From assembly GCA_951406725.2 (NCBI GenBank), contig OX597815.1, forward strand, positions 63,426,001 through 63,490,000: 64,000 nt of DNA. Reading direction: 5' to 3'. The notes under the pieces are model-generated. The model searched no databases, was not told the origin of the DNA, and was given only the letters and a program-made list of their open reading frames with translations. Positions 29,828 through 44,278 of this stretch are shown here, one piece after another. Made by a program: the position numbers and the translations under genes. The stretch is from Octopus vulgaris. Its lineage: Eukaryota. Position 1 is the first letter of the stretch. Every line of letters starts with the position of its first letter.

Positions 29828-31135
29828 GATTTTGTCTATTTTTGTAATTAATAAATGATTATTAATTACTTTATCTCTATTTTCTTATTTTTCTTATATA
29901 TAATCAATCTTATATATTCCACGTACAGACTACACGCATTTGCCGGTAGGCCGCGAATTGGCATGGTGGAGATAACTCCTGCAAAGCACTGAGTGTTAAA
30001 ACACCTGAAAGTCGTGGACAAGCAGGATAAATCACCCCAAATCCCATCCAGGAGTGGTGGACATCGATGCTTCGCCATGCTTATCAACATCACGTACCTG
30101 AACAAAATCAGAAGTGAATAGATCACCGGTCTTCAACTTATAATATGCATATAGGGTGAAAACTATGTGCTGGTATGCTCAGACAATGCATACACAAGAA
30201 TAAATTCAAATATGAAATAGAAGCAGCGCCAGTGTAATAAACACTGTTGGCCACACACATTTAACGCGTATAGCCTCGGTGCATTTGCCGGTAGGTTGCG
30301 GTTTCGCGTAGTGAGTATTACTCTCTCAACACATCGAATGTTGAAACACCTGGAAATCATATGGAGTGTGAATATACATACACAAGGAATACAAGCAAAA
30401 TATATATACAGATGAAATATTGATAAATGTGATCGGAAACTATTTTGGATACAAAAGAAAAAGAAAGAGACAAAACTATATTCAAAAATATAGGGAAAAA
30501 AGTCAAGATAGCAGCAAGATATAATAGGATATGACAGAGCGAAGGTAGTAAACGCTGATAGTTAAATGCCAATGTAATTCAGTGTCACAAAATGATAACC
30601 GACATATTAAGGTCATAAAAATACTTCACATGGGTATCATCAGGCAGATTAACTGACATTTGGGGAAGATAATAATATCTCTTCATATGAAGAGAAGCAA
30701 TATCGAAGTGGTGATGGTGGTAGAGGTGGAGAGGACAGCGGGATTATAGCTACAGAGATCAATTACTGATCAATATAACTATAACAGAAGATGGCTGGAA
30801 AAAAATGAGGCGGAGAAGGAAAAGGTTTATTTTTTAAAAAAAAGAAAGGAAGTGGAAGAATTTTAAAAAAAGAAAGAAAAAAGGAAAATCTTTCATCTCC
30901 CACATAAAATAACTGGCAGTTATTATAATTACCTTGCTCAACTAAGCATCTGTCTATCTATCTATATATCTACCTATATTGTGTGTATGTATATACATAT
31001 ATACATACATATATATGCATGTATATATATATAATATATATTTATATAATATATATATATGTATGTATGTATGTATAATATATATATACATATACAGAAA
31101 TATATATATATATATATATTTATATACACACACAC

Positions 31136-31191
<56 letters not shown>

Positions 31192-32679
31192 ACACTGAAA
31201 TCTAAAGCTGTATACATGAAAGAGAGAAAAATCAACCAACGAGACTATGGGGGCACACCCCTTTCTGTCTAATGTTAACAACCTTAATTACGAAACTGAA
31301 ACACGCCGCGGTTACATAACGTTACAGGCGGTAAAAAGTCGAACATTAGAATATATCGATTAATTAGATGCATATAGAAGAGGAAATGGTAACAGTTCGG
31401 ACATGAGAATTGTTTCACGGTAAAATGGCTCGCAAAGACACTTCAATGAAAAGCGCAGGGAAAACGTGGACAGAAATCTACCTTAAATAGGATGAGATTG
31501 ACTTGTAAATATATCTAATCCTTCATAATATGAAGGTTTAGAAAAAGAAATAGAAATTAACGAATGAAGTTATGGTCTGAAAAAAATAAACATTTATGAT
31601 TTACATATAAAAAAAATATAGATAGGTAAGTGGCTCGATTAGGTACAAATAACTATTATCCCGGTGCTTAACTAAATATTGTGCGATGTTAAACAGATGA
31701 ACGATTAACATCAAATGCGGGCGGCGTACAAGTAGGCTTGATATAGAAGATTCTAAGCTCAAAACTCGGTATGCGGCCCATATCTAAGTTGAAAGGTCGA
31801 CCACCAGATGGGATAAACTCTACTGGAGTTGATGCTCTTGGTTTCTGATTACTATAACATGTATACTCTATAATATACTCTGTGATAAGACACGGGGTAT
31901 ATTAGCACAGAATATAATAGAATATGATACTGCAAAGTGTCCAAGTAAAACATATTTACGTCATTTAAATTGTTGATGGAACAATCAGTGGCGCCAACAA
32001 CCTCACGTGACCAATTGCGAAGTTGTTTTCCCGTGTTTGTTGTAGATATTTATTGTGTTCAGTTTTAAAATATTATTATTCAAAATGATTTATTAGGAGT
32101 TAAGGGCCGAAACACTTACCTGAAAGGTGTTTCTTCTTAGAAGATCTTCTGTTTTTCAGCTCTCTTAAGAATTTCTTACCAATTATTGTTCCAAATGTCT
32201 TATGCCATGGCCCTCAGCAACGAAACGTGTGTGATATGACACTAATTGTAACCTGATGATTTATGTAATTATGTCTTCTTCAAACAACAGAGTCACAAGA
32301 GGAGGTATGGAAGAAGTACATATTATGCTTTATGGCCTCGGTCACTCATTCCCTGCCTGTGTTGTAACACGAAGATGATGACGAATTGTTACCGGCGTCC
32401 TTAAATATGTCCTTAATATTTCGTCGCCCCAATTCGACAAAATCGAAATTGGGAATAGCTTCCAACAGGGATGGAATCTCAAGTATCAAGGATTCTCCAA
32501 AATTGACCTCCCGTTACAGAAAAATAGTTTGAGTGTCTGAAGGCAAAAGGAAAGCTTGGTACACGTATGTCTCCCTTTAAAGCATCATCAGAAAAGCCGC
32601 TGTCCCACATTGACTCCCGGGGGATGTGGACCAATATGCCTAGCCAGCGAAGTGGTGTCAGGCAAAGCGAAGAAATGCA

Positions 32680-32825
32680 TTATCAACCACATGGTTCCAG
32701 GTTCAGTCCCACTGTATAGCATATTGGGCAAGCGTCTTCTACTATAACCTTAGACTGACCAAATCCTTGTGAGTGGATTTAGTAGACGGAAACTGAAAGA
32801 AGCCCGTTATATATATATATATAAA

Positions 32826-32863
<38 letters not shown>

Positions 32864-33113
32864 TGTGTGTGTGTACGTAAGTGTGCGTGTGTGAGTGTGT
32901 GTGTATGTTTGTGTGTCTGTGTTTCTCACCCTAACATCGCTTGACAACCGATGGTGGTGTGTTTACATCCCTGTAACCTAGCGGTTCCGCAAAAAGACCG
33001 ATAGAATAAGTACTAGGCTTACAAAGAATAAGTCCAGGGGGCGATTTGTTCGACTAAAGGCGGTGCTCCAGCATGGCCACAGTCAAATGACTGAAACAAG
33101 TGAAAGAATAAAA

Positions 33114-33117
<4 letters not shown>
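32680..33117 (+). mobile_element. SINE family B
   Basis: caaccacatggttccaggttcagtcccact...gactgaaacaagtgaaagaataaaag. Confidence 0.9.
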
Positions 33118-33151
<34 letters not shown>

Positions 33152-33249
33152 AGTTTGAGTGTCTGAAGGCAAAAGGAAAGCTTGGTACATGTATTTCTCT
33201 CTTTAAAGCATCATCAACGCCTGTTGATATATATATATATATATACAGT

Positions 33250-33574
33250 TATAATTAAAGTTTAGATTTAAATTTAAACTATGTTTTGGTTATCTCCCTA
33301 GTGGTATGCCGGCAAAGCACATTCATTGTGTATGGCTACCTGGCGTCATTTACGGTAATTGCACAATCGTCACTCCATCTACGTTAGGAATTCCACGGTG
33401 CACGTTGAGTATAGTAAAAACAATTGATACGGAAGATAGAATATACTGGAAACTTGAAATTCATTGGCATTCATTGCATAACTGCGAGCGAGTGATGCAG
33501 GATGTGTCAAAATGATCGGTGTGATAAATTATATTTCCAGTATATTCCATCTTCCGTATCAATTATTTTTACTA

Positions 33575-33579
<5 letters not shown>
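33250..33579 (-). mobile_element. Fold-back hairpin element: 45-bp arms 33408-33452 / 33534-33579, left tail
   Basis: agtatagtaaaaacaattgatacggaagatagaatatactggaaa vs tttccagtatattccatcttccgtatcaattatttttactatact. Confidence 0.85.
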
Positions 33580-33631
<52 letters not shown>

Positions 33632-33667
33632 AATGTATGTATGAATGTATGTATGTATGTATGTATG

Positions 33668-33724
<57 letters not shown>

Positions 33725-34059
33725 AGACGCCTGTTGATTTTGTCCTGTTATTATCATTATTACTATTATAATTATTATTATTATTATTATTATTATTGTT
33801 TTTTGTATTTATATTCGTATAACATCGTCCGTTTTTCTGTCCTTGTTTCGTATACATTCGAACCTTTTTCCAAGAAATCTAATGCTCGTAGCTTAGTTTT
33901 TACTTGGGGCTGGCCAGATCGGAGCAATCTCAAGATTAATCAGCCGAAATTGCGAGGATGATCCGGTTATTGACTGAAGATTAGAGGCTTCGAATGACCC
34001 GTCCGTTTTTCGTATCGTCTATTTGAATGTTTTGCGTTCTTGTCCCATTTTGTATTTTT

Positions 34060-34134
<75 letters not shown>

Positions 34135-34182
34135 CTGGGTTCGATGGGTAAATTATATATATATATATATACATATATACAT

Positions 34183-35072
34183 ACTGGGTTCGATGGGTAA
34201 ATTGTAGCCATTTTGTATTTCTAATTTTGCGCATGCTCATTGTTTGTTTTTGATTTTGTCGACTGCACAGTATAGTAGGGTCAGACGGGCACCACCTAAG
34301 AGAAAAACAGCATCATGACGCACTTCGCTCTGACAGAAATTTGGAAATGGTATGCTATACTGCTTGGTATTCGCGCCGGAAGCTCCAATACAAACATTTC
34401 AGAGTGTTTAGGTGTCAATCTGAGGGCAGTGCAATCTGAAGACCTGTACCGAGAGTGATAAAAATTAAACATCCATTCAACAGCATGATGTTTGGAGTCA
34501 TCACTAGTGATAGCAACGTTATGCTTCCATTCACCTTCCCAGACGGCCTCAGACTCATCACGGAGGCCTACATCTGGTGTCTGGAGGAGGAAGTGCCGCC
34601 CTGGGTCAAGAGGGTGCCTATTGGAAGACCTTATGTCTGACAACAGTGCTATGCACTATGCCACACCAGTGGGAGAACCCAGTCATGGCGGTCAGATAAT
34701 TTCTGAGACGACACCACTCCTAACATCTGGCCAATTAATTCCCCAGACTGCAACCCCCTTAATTACTATGTATGAGGCGCAGTTGAGCGAGAGACCAACA
34801 AAACTCTTTGTAACAGCAAAGATGAACTGAAGGCAAGGATTATGGTAGCTTTCACCAATATAAACCAGGAGACCACCCAGAAGAGTTGTAGGTGATTCTG
34901 AAATAGTCTGGTGGCCATGGTTGAAGCCAATGGCGTTTTATTCAATAAATTTACTCATTAGTATTTCAAGATATTTTTATGTAGTCTTGGTAAATACATC
35001 TGTTAAAATGAGATGTCAATGTTATTTACATTCATGCGTAATTTAGATCACACTTTATTCACCGCACCCTCT
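34183..35072 (+). mobile_element. Tc1/mariner (maT/DD37D-like) deletion derivative with both ends
   Basis: KIKHPFNSMMFGVITSD...EEVPPWV...PYV; NIWPINSPDCNPLNYYV; imperfect TIRs gggttcgatgggtaaattgt / acactttattcaccgcaccct. Confidence 0.85.
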
Positions 35073-35485
35073 ATGTAAAAGTTATTAGTGAAGGATTATC
35101 CGTCCAGGCAAAATACTTTATAAACTCTCAGTTAGTACACCAGGCTAACAATAATGTTTGGATTAGTAAAGAACTCCGCGTAGCCTTGTGGCAGAATCCG
35201 AGGTTATAGTTCATCACCATTTTATATTGTAAATCCATAGCTGTATTCCAGGTATACTGGCTTTACAGAAGTTGATACACACGCACACGCAATGCACACA
35301 CACAGGTGTGTGTGTTTGTGTTTGTGTGTGTGTTTGTGTTTAAGAGAAAAGAACACGAGCATTACTTGGTAATCCCCTGTTTCAGTTGTTACATATGTTT
35401 CAGTATTAGACAACACGTGAGAACGTTTTCAATAAATAATGAGTTTACTATATATATAGTATTCAGTATCCCCTTATTCAATATG

Positions 35486-35516
<31 letters not shown>

Positions 35517-35652
35517 CGCACACACACCCTCATGCACATACATAGATAAGCATATACACACAACAAGTATAAACACATGTGTATGTGTGTGCGTGTGTAA
35601 GTGTGCGCGTGTATAAATGAGTTTATTCATACATTACATATGGCGTTCATTG

Positions 35653-35709
35653 TCTTATCGAAGCAAATGTCTGCTAAGAGGACATTTGTAGACTGAAACT
35701 GTTGTAAGA
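35653..35709 (+). ncRNA. Degenerate hammerhead-like motif
   Basis: tct-TATCGA-a-gcaaatgtc...gacatttgt..-GAAA-ctgtt-GTA-aga. Confidence 0.4.
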
Positions 35710-35801
35710 ATATGAATAAATCCATTTACATGATGCCCTTTGTCCTACACTGAGTTCTTTGATAATACTGAACTCAGACGGTTACAAGAATCTTCCGTAT
35801 A

Positions 35802-35845
<44 letters not shown>

Positions 35846-36551
35846 TAGACATATACATAAATATACATTACTACATATATTAATATCTATATATGTATAT
35901 ATATATATACATGTAAATATATATATACACATGCATACATACATATAAAAATACATGCATACATATATATATGTGTGTGTGTGTATATATGATATCTTAT
36001 GTTAACATGTACGTGCTTTCAGCGTGTGTGTGTGTGTGCCTGCGTGTGTTGTAAGAATGTTAAAGAAAGAATTCATTTAGTAAAAATCTTGTCCTTCTCT
36101 ATAAACATACACATTTGATCGATCTTTGAAAAACGTATATACAGAGAGAAAGCATAGAGAGAGAGGGGGGGAGAGAATGAGAGAGAACAAGAAAGAGAGA
36201 GAGAGAGGAAATACAGAATCGTAAGTATCATCCCAAGTTCTGTAAATAACGACCAAATCTCCCAACAATGTCGACTTTGTGTACAAACGGATGGAGAGAT
36301 TCTCGGCTAGAACGTTTTTAATCACAGGTCTACTCGGCCAGGTCTAAACAACAGCAAAAATAATAAAAAGCATCAACAAATAAACCGGAAGGTATGTCTC
36401 AATTAATGAATTGTTGATTTTGTTTTTCTTTTTAATTAAATTATATTTCGTCATTTTATGGTGAATTTAATTCATACTCAACCAAAGCGTCAGTGCAATT
36501 ATCTATACCAATGATACATATATACTCATATCCAGACACACACACATACAT

Positions 36552-36588
<37 letters not shown>

Positions 36589-36867
36589 CACCCATATACA
36601 CACGCACACACGTGCGAATAAGCGTACACACATACACACACACACACACACATATGTATGTTAATGAGAAGATTGCAAAATAAAAATAGATATAAATATA
36701 AATATATACTGTTGTTTTGAGCTGTATTAATCCTGTTTGCACAAGCAAACTTACACACATACACACACACATATACTCACACACACACATACACTCACAC
36801 ATACACATATGTAAATATATGTATATAGATATATATACATATATATATATGAATATGAATATACATG

Positions 36868-36912
<45 letters not shown>

Positions 36913-37407
36913 GTGCGTTCAGCGCGCATGTGTGTGTGTGTACCTGCGTATGCTGTAAGAATGGTAAAGAAAGAATTCATTTACTAAAATTCTTGTCCTT
37001 CTATATCTTGCTATCTCCTTTAGAAATATTTTTTTCTAATTATCGCCATTATCACCGTTATGACGTCATACTAGATCGTGATATTCTTATGAAAAGCAGC
37101 GAGTTGTTTTGCTGTTTCGTTTTTCTTTCTTTTTTTATTTTTCTTCATATCTTCAATGCTTCAGCAGACACCAACACTGGAATCATAATAGAAGACAAAA
37201 TCTTCTTGTCTACAACCAATAACAGCAACCTTACAATTACTATCACCATCACCACCAACACCCACCAGCACCCTCTCATCCCCACCCACACCCCCACGCA
37301 CCACCACCACCAATGTCAACAACAATAACAACAACCAGCATTGACATATTTTCACCCATATTTCATTCAATATAAGAGAAATGGTTAAGCGTACAATATA
37401 TATATAT

Positions 37408-37615
37408 ATTCTTTTATTCTTTTACTCTTTTACTTGTTTCAATCATTTGACTGCGGCCATGTTTGAGCAATGCTTTTAGTTGAGAAAATCATCCCCAGGA
37501 CTTATTCTTTGTAAGCCTAGTACTTATTCTATCAGAACCTTTTGCCGAACCGCTAAGTTACGGGGACGTAAACTCAGCAGCATCGGTTGTCAAGCGATGT
37601 TGGAGGGAACAAACA
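37408..37615 (-). mobile_element. SINE family B, 3' half
   Basis: cttttacttgtttcaatcatttgactgcggccatg...catcggttgtcaagcgatg. Confidence 0.85.
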
Positions 37616-37764
37616 CACACACACACAAACATATACATCCTTTCGGGGTCGATAAATTAAGTACCAGTTACGCACTGGGGTCGATCTAATAGACTTAATT
37701 CATTTGTCTGTCCTTGTTTGTCCCCTCTATGTTTAGCCCCTTGTGGGCAATAAAGAAATAAGAG

Positions 37765-38050
37765 TATTTGCCAACTCTTCATCTCCAGGGTTGTCAAATA
37801 TGCAACAGTGTGGTCGCTATTTGATACCCCTGAGGAGGCTCGCATTTTTGCGAGCCAGCCCCTGGAGGACAATAAAATTTTGTTACTTCGAACGTATTGT
37901 GGGAGGAAGTTGACAAGATCTTGGGTCTGTGGGTCGCCACTCGGAATAAAACCTGAGTGGATAGAGGAAACTATCCGCCGGGGTCTGGGAGGCAGCAGAG
38001 CGAGGCTCCTTAGCATGAAAGTTTTTCCTGTGGCTGATTGGGTTGGGTGA
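37765..38050 (+). pseudogene. GC-richer coding-like fragment, possibly LINE ORF1 remnant
   Basis: Open 80-codon non-repetitive frame WSLFDTPEEARIFASQPLEDNKILLLRTYCGRKLTR...; family assignment from recall only. Confidence 0.35.
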
Positions 38051-38164
38051 AATGCTGTTTTGACCCTTCATCAGGTGTCTTGGGGAAATTTCGAACCTGG
38101 GTTCTCATTCCTAAGGTTCTCATTTCGATGTTGTTGTTGTTGTTGTTGTTATTATTTTTAATAC

Positions 38165-38221
<57 letters not shown>

Positions 38222-38240
38222 CATTATTATTTTTATTTTT

Positions 38241-38320
38241 CAGGTCACTGCCTAGAATCGAACTTGGAATCTTGGAATTAGTAGCCTGCGCTCTTAACCA
38301 CTACGCTATATGCCCGTGGG
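38241..38320 (-). mobile_element. tRNA-like SINE head / tRNA pseudogene
   Basis: Minus strand gggcatatagcgtagtggttaagagcgcaggctactaattcc...aagttcgattct; A and B boxes present, acceptor stem not paired. Confidence 0.6.
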
Positions 38321-38975
38321 TATAAGACCTTCAAGTGAAGGAGAATATGTTGCTTCTTTAAGATTTTTCCACTGTTCCAATTCCGCCGAAGTCGACTTTG
38401 CCTTTCATCATTTCGTGGTTGCAAAAAATTAGTACCAGTTGGACACTAGGTTCAATGTAATCGATTCATCCCCTCCCCTGAAATTGCTACCTTTGTGTAA
38501 AAATTTGAAATAATATTTTCTGGAATTTCAGCTCATTCAAGTTCCACATCGAACAATTGGGACAACATAGCTCTTCTTCTGCATCGACTTGACCCACAGC
38601 GTATATATACGTATAGGTATATATACACATACCTATACGTATGTGTATATATAAAAAGCTCCTTCATGAGTCATTTAGGTATATAAGGCCGATTTTCCCG
38701 CTGGTCTGTCGCAGGATAACTCATTGTTGCCAGTTGAGTGGAGCCAGCGCGAAATGAAGTGTTGTACTCCAGTACACAGCACCCTGTCCAGGAATCTAGA
38801 TCACACTCCTATAGCACTAAGCTATATATATATGCGCATAGAACTCAATATACAGAAGCTGGTGTAGAACTCAGTATACTGATGGTTCAGAACACAATGT
38901 TAGAGTATAGAGCGGTAATAGAAAACAAAGAAATGACACCGAAAAAAAACAAATGTTATGTCATGAACTTCATTA

Positions 38976-39054
38976 GCTTACATCTGTTTCTGCTATTAGG
39001 TGATATGGACTTTTAGTTGAGTAGCAGGATAGCATCTTATAGCTTCATCAGAGC
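38976..39054 (-). ncRNA. Type I hammerhead ribozyme with intact core inside a ~290-bp (TA)n-flanked element (38834-39117)
   Basis: Minus strand gct-CTGATGA-a-gctat...atagc-a-GAAA-cagat-GTA-agc; stems I, II and III all present. Confidence 0.72.
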
Positions 39055-39363
39055 CTTGAATATGAAGTGAACTTTGTTTGGAAAACTTACATTTTCAGAA
39101 CATACAGAACCTGTTAAATATATATATATACGTAAATGTCGAGTGATGAAAATGAGTGCTCAACACCGCATTGGTAGATAGAATTTCTTTTGTAGTAAGG
39201 CTGCTATTGGTTTCATGTTAAGAATAATATCTTAATATATGAGCAATTTTTCAAGCCCGTCACACGGAGGAATGGTGTTCGTCTCCATTTTCGAGAAAAA
39301 ACAGTCACATTTTTACATATATATATACGGAGATAGATAGATAGATAGATAGATAGATAGGTG

Positions 39364-39397
<34 letters not shown>

Positions 39398-39631
39398 TGT
39401 ATGTATGTATGTATGTATGTATGTATTTGTACAAACACACACTCACTCACACACACTTCAGCGTTTTCTCTACATTATTGTATTATTATGTTTATTCCAT
39501 TTAGTTGGCCTTCCTGTCAAGTAAGGAAGTCAACACCACTACCACTACCAATCTAGCAAAAGTCTACCACTCTGCCACCATCACCCAACTCCATCAACGG
39601 CAATTCGCATCAAACCACCATCACCACCACC

Positions 39632-39701
<70 letters not shown>

Positions 39702-40122
39702 TTATTAAATTTACGATGAAATAATTGACATCACCGTTAGTGTTCGTGTTTTAATGTTTCTCTTGTAGTTGTTGCTGTCATTTTTGCTTTTGCTATTGTT
39801 GTTTTTGTTGTTGTTGTTACTGCTGCTGCTATTTTATGTCTTTGCTGGTGATTTTTGTTATATTTTTTTGTTACTTTTTTTTCTGCCGCTGCTGTTAATA
39901 TTGTTGTTACAATTTTTTAGTTCTTGTTGATATTTTCATACCCAAAACACAACTTCGTCTTTTATCATCTTTGCAAAACAAGAAAGACAAATAAATAAAT
40001 AAATAAAAACAGAAATCAAAACAGAAATCAAAAATCGTATTTTCGATATTTTTCTTGTTCTCGAAAGTTCTGCTGTAGTAGTTACTCCCATCATGATTGT
40101 GTTTTACATCATTCTGGCTATA

Positions 40123-40275
<153 letters not shown>

Positions 40276-40366
40276 CACATACATACATGCATACATATTT
40301 TTTAAGTTTACAGATTTTCTATAGAATTAACACACGTATCTATATATATGTGTGTGTGTTTATATA

Positions 40367-40416
<50 letters not shown>

Positions 40417-41023
40417 TACATGTATATATATATATATACATACATGTATGAGCGTATTATCTATATATGTATATAAGTATCACACTCTGACGCACACACA
40501 TACACATACACATTCATATATATCCTGGATTTTGGGTCTTATGTGGTATCTATTTTTTGACGGCAGGGACGTATGCGACACTTGACGAAAATTCAGAGAA
40601 TATTTTGGGCAGAACAAGAGATTACGTAAACTGAAAACAGAAAAAAAAACTAAAATTCCCTCACTCTACGCCATCGATATTCGACTATCTGGAGACATTT
40701 CAAACTTTTGTTTTTCCCCAAATACGTTTTCTTGCGGAACCCAACCAAACATGATCTATATACACACTGCTGAACCCATGAGAATACTAGCTAATAGTGT
40801 ACCTGCCTCTCGTACCGCTTTCATCTCATGTGAATACAATTCATTCTGAATGCAGTACAACACGGCAGTGCAATACAAACATGCACACACACATACATAC
40901 ATACATACATACATACACACGCACACACACACACATACAGATACACATATACGTATACATACATATAAATATATACATATCAAACCATATTACATCTTTA
41001 TATGTCTACATATATATATATAT

Positions 41024-41083
<60 letters not shown>

Positions 41084-42454
41084 TATAGTTATATGCATAT
41101 TATATATATGTATATATATATAATATATAATATATATATTTATATATAATGTATTATATATTTATATTATTTATATATATATATACACACACACGCGCAT
41201 ACACACATATATATATGAATGTAGTGTGAATATATGTATGTATGTGTCTGTATGTATGTATGTAAGTATGCATGTATGTATGTATGTATGTATGTATGTA
41301 TGTATGTATGCATGCGTGTATATATACATTTTGGATTATAATAACAATATTTGGATAGAGTTAGCAGTGATATTGTATTCTCTGTAAAAGAGAAATGTGT
41401 TCCTTTTATCTTGCTTGGTCGCCATATTGGTATTTGGCCATCGAAACTGGGATGTGTTGTGTTGTATATTGTATATCTCACTTCCGCCTCCGCTTCTAGC
41501 ATGTGATCCATTGTTGTATTTCAGCAAATACATGTAAATATTCAATAGAACATAAGACAACGCGCTCCCGGCGAAGAAAGATAATACGGATCACATGATA
41601 TACACATGTATATCTATATAGATACACCCATAAATATACAGTTATACAGTTACGTATGAATATATATATATATGTATATTAACCTATATAGATTTATATG
41701 TATGAACGTATGAACATATGTATGAATGTTTGTCTATGTATGTATGTATATATATATATATGCACACATATATATATACTGTCTATATACATATATTATC
41801 TATATACATATATATATATTGTCTATATACATATATATATTTATCTATATACATATATATGTAACCATGTAATTTTATTTATGTCTGTATGTGTGTGTTC
41901 GTGAGTGTGTGTGTATGTGTATGCGTGTGTATGTGTGTGTATTCGTGTGTGTGTGCGTATGTGTGTGTGTGCATGTATGTGCAAATATATTTTTTTCCTT
42001 TTCTTTATTGGTATTCTTCCTAAGAAGGAATTAGATTCTGACAAAGAAACAAGATATCCATCGCTAAAATTTGAATAACAACAACGATGATTATTATGTA
42101 TCCAACTTTCGGAAAATCTTGCATATTTTTACTCTTGTGCTTACAGATTTTATTTGTAATTTCATGTTAGCCGGTATCTTAATTTGCTTTAAAGCCTGGG
42201 ATTCTCCAGACTGTCGCTTATATTTTTCTAACGTAACTGAGTTCAACAATAATTATGAATATAAACGAATATTTATAATTAGGTTAGAGAAATTTGCAGA
42301 TCGTAGCAGTTCTTAAATTTCCTTTTCTTAATGATTTTCGAAGAGAGGTTCTCAATTTGACGACAGCTAACATCTATGACTGTATATGACTTCTTTTTAC
42401 TCACAAATAACTATGTCAGTCCTGTTTACGTTTGCACTTAGTAGGCGTTTTGAT

Positions 42455-42522
<68 letters not shown>

Positions 42523-43651
42523 GCATAAAAATGCGACTTGGTAAAAAAAAGTCAAATATTTAGTGATAACAATGTAGTGTTCGTAAAACGTGCAAATGCA
42601 GTTCTTAATCTGATTGGTTAATCAACGAAGAAGTCCAGTGACAGATACCTATCTAGGATTATCGAATTAAAGATGAGTCTGTGAAAGACAGACAATGAGA
42701 CAGACAGCTATCAGTATTTAGATCAATAACTAAAGTACACTTAGCAGGAAGTTGAACACTGAAAAGAAGAAGACCTAAGATATTCCATACTACATTCCAA
42801 GGAGAGTCGATATCATTCCAAGTTATCGAACCGACCATATATTTACTCGAGATGACTTGCACTGGTACAACTTCAACTGCAAAAATATTAACAGAGGCTA
42901 AAAATATCGCTTTTGTCCTCATTAGCGCAGTATAGCACTACAATATTTAATAGGGACATTTATGTAACGAACAAGTGAGACTTATGATGAATTATGTGAT
43001 TGATCACTTTTATAACGTTACTGCATCTATCCCTTCTTTCATCTTTTACTCGACCCAGCTTGAGGAATTTGTCTATCATATTCATGAAAACGCTGAACAG
43101 TCGAATCAGTTTCTCAAATATTTTCATTAGTCTATGCATTGAGATTATTCTGTGTCTACGATTTCGGGACTTACCAAAAAGACTTGAAGATCAGCTAAGT
43201 GTAACGGGTGTTTTTTATCTTCTCTTTCGCCCTTCATTTTTTACACTCCCATAGGCAACAGACTGTTCTCTTCCGAAAGTCTACAAAACCAAAGCCATTT
43301 CGTTCTTTCTAAGATCCTTAGTTCTCAAAATATTGTCTCTTTACTATTTTAATCTATGTCAACCATTTTCTCTAACTTACTCCAATGCTTTTTATACATC
43401 TTTCGTCTGATATTATCCATTTCAAAATGTAATGAAAAGACCAGATAACTCCGTAACCGAGATCAGAGTATGGTGTTCTGCAGGATCTAGTGATGCCCAC
43501 ACACACGCGCGTGTCTGTGTACGTATGTATATATGTGTGAATCTGAGAGGGTGCTGTCTTATGTAAAGATTACAAGAAGAAATATGCGTTGATAAGTAGA
43601 GGCAAGAAAGGGTTAGCGTGTGTGGCCATGATTCTTATTTTCTACTTATTT

Positions 43652-43818
43652 TACTTGACAGCCGATGGTGGTGTGTTTACGTCCCTTCGGCAAAAGTGAC
43701 CGATAGAATAAGTGCTAGACTTACAAAGAATAAGTCCTGGGTCGATTTGCTCGACTAAAGGTGGTGCTCCAGCATGGCCGCTGTCAAGGGACTGAAACAA
43801 GAAAAAGAGTAAAAGAGT
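43652..43818 (+). mobile_element. SINE family B, 3' half
   Basis: cttgacagccgatggtggtgtgtttacgtccc...aaaagagtaaaagag. Confidence 0.85.
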
Positions 43819-44139
43819 ATATATATATATATAAACAGACAGCCACACCTACGAAAATTCTTACTATAAATTCTTCCTATGACCTTAAACGATACTAAGT
43901 CCAACCACACACATACATAAACAGCCACAACCACACTCACACACACGCACACACACACGTGCTATTATTACACACACGCACATACCCACACTTACACACA
44001 CGTACCTCCTTCCCTTGCACTCTCCTGTCTTTGAAGGAACATTCTATTCACCCAGTCCCTTCCGGTCATTTCAGTATGTCCGCGTGTGTATCGTTGGCGA
44101 TTTTCTTTCTCCGTCTTCCCTTCTTTGGACTTTTTCTAT

Positions 44140-44174
44140 GTTTCTGATAAAGAGCTTAGCTCGAAACGTGAAAT
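44140..44174 (+). ncRNA. Minimal hammerhead-like motif (degenerate)
   Basis: gttt-CTGATAA-a-gagc(tta)gctc-GAAA-CGTG-aaat. Confidence 0.55.
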
Positions 44175-44278
44175 CCTTTTTCTTTTCATTCCTGAGCGTC
44201 CAATAACACTGTTTTTATTCCACGTCCTCGCGTTGTTGTTTTTTGTTGCTTGTTCATGTTTGGATTAACTATATATAT

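Noticed and set aside
38055-38130. Minus-strand CCTGATGAAGG hammerhead start
   Set aside because: Truncated; no matching stem II/GAAA/UH, so counted only as a possible remnant
38241-38320. Functional tRNA gene
   Set aside because: Acceptor stem does not pair; better explained as a SINE head
42640-43440. Possible host exons here and at 31300-32520 and 61990-62320
   Set aside because: No sustained frame; only faint degenerate RT/RTE-like peptides, too weak to annotate
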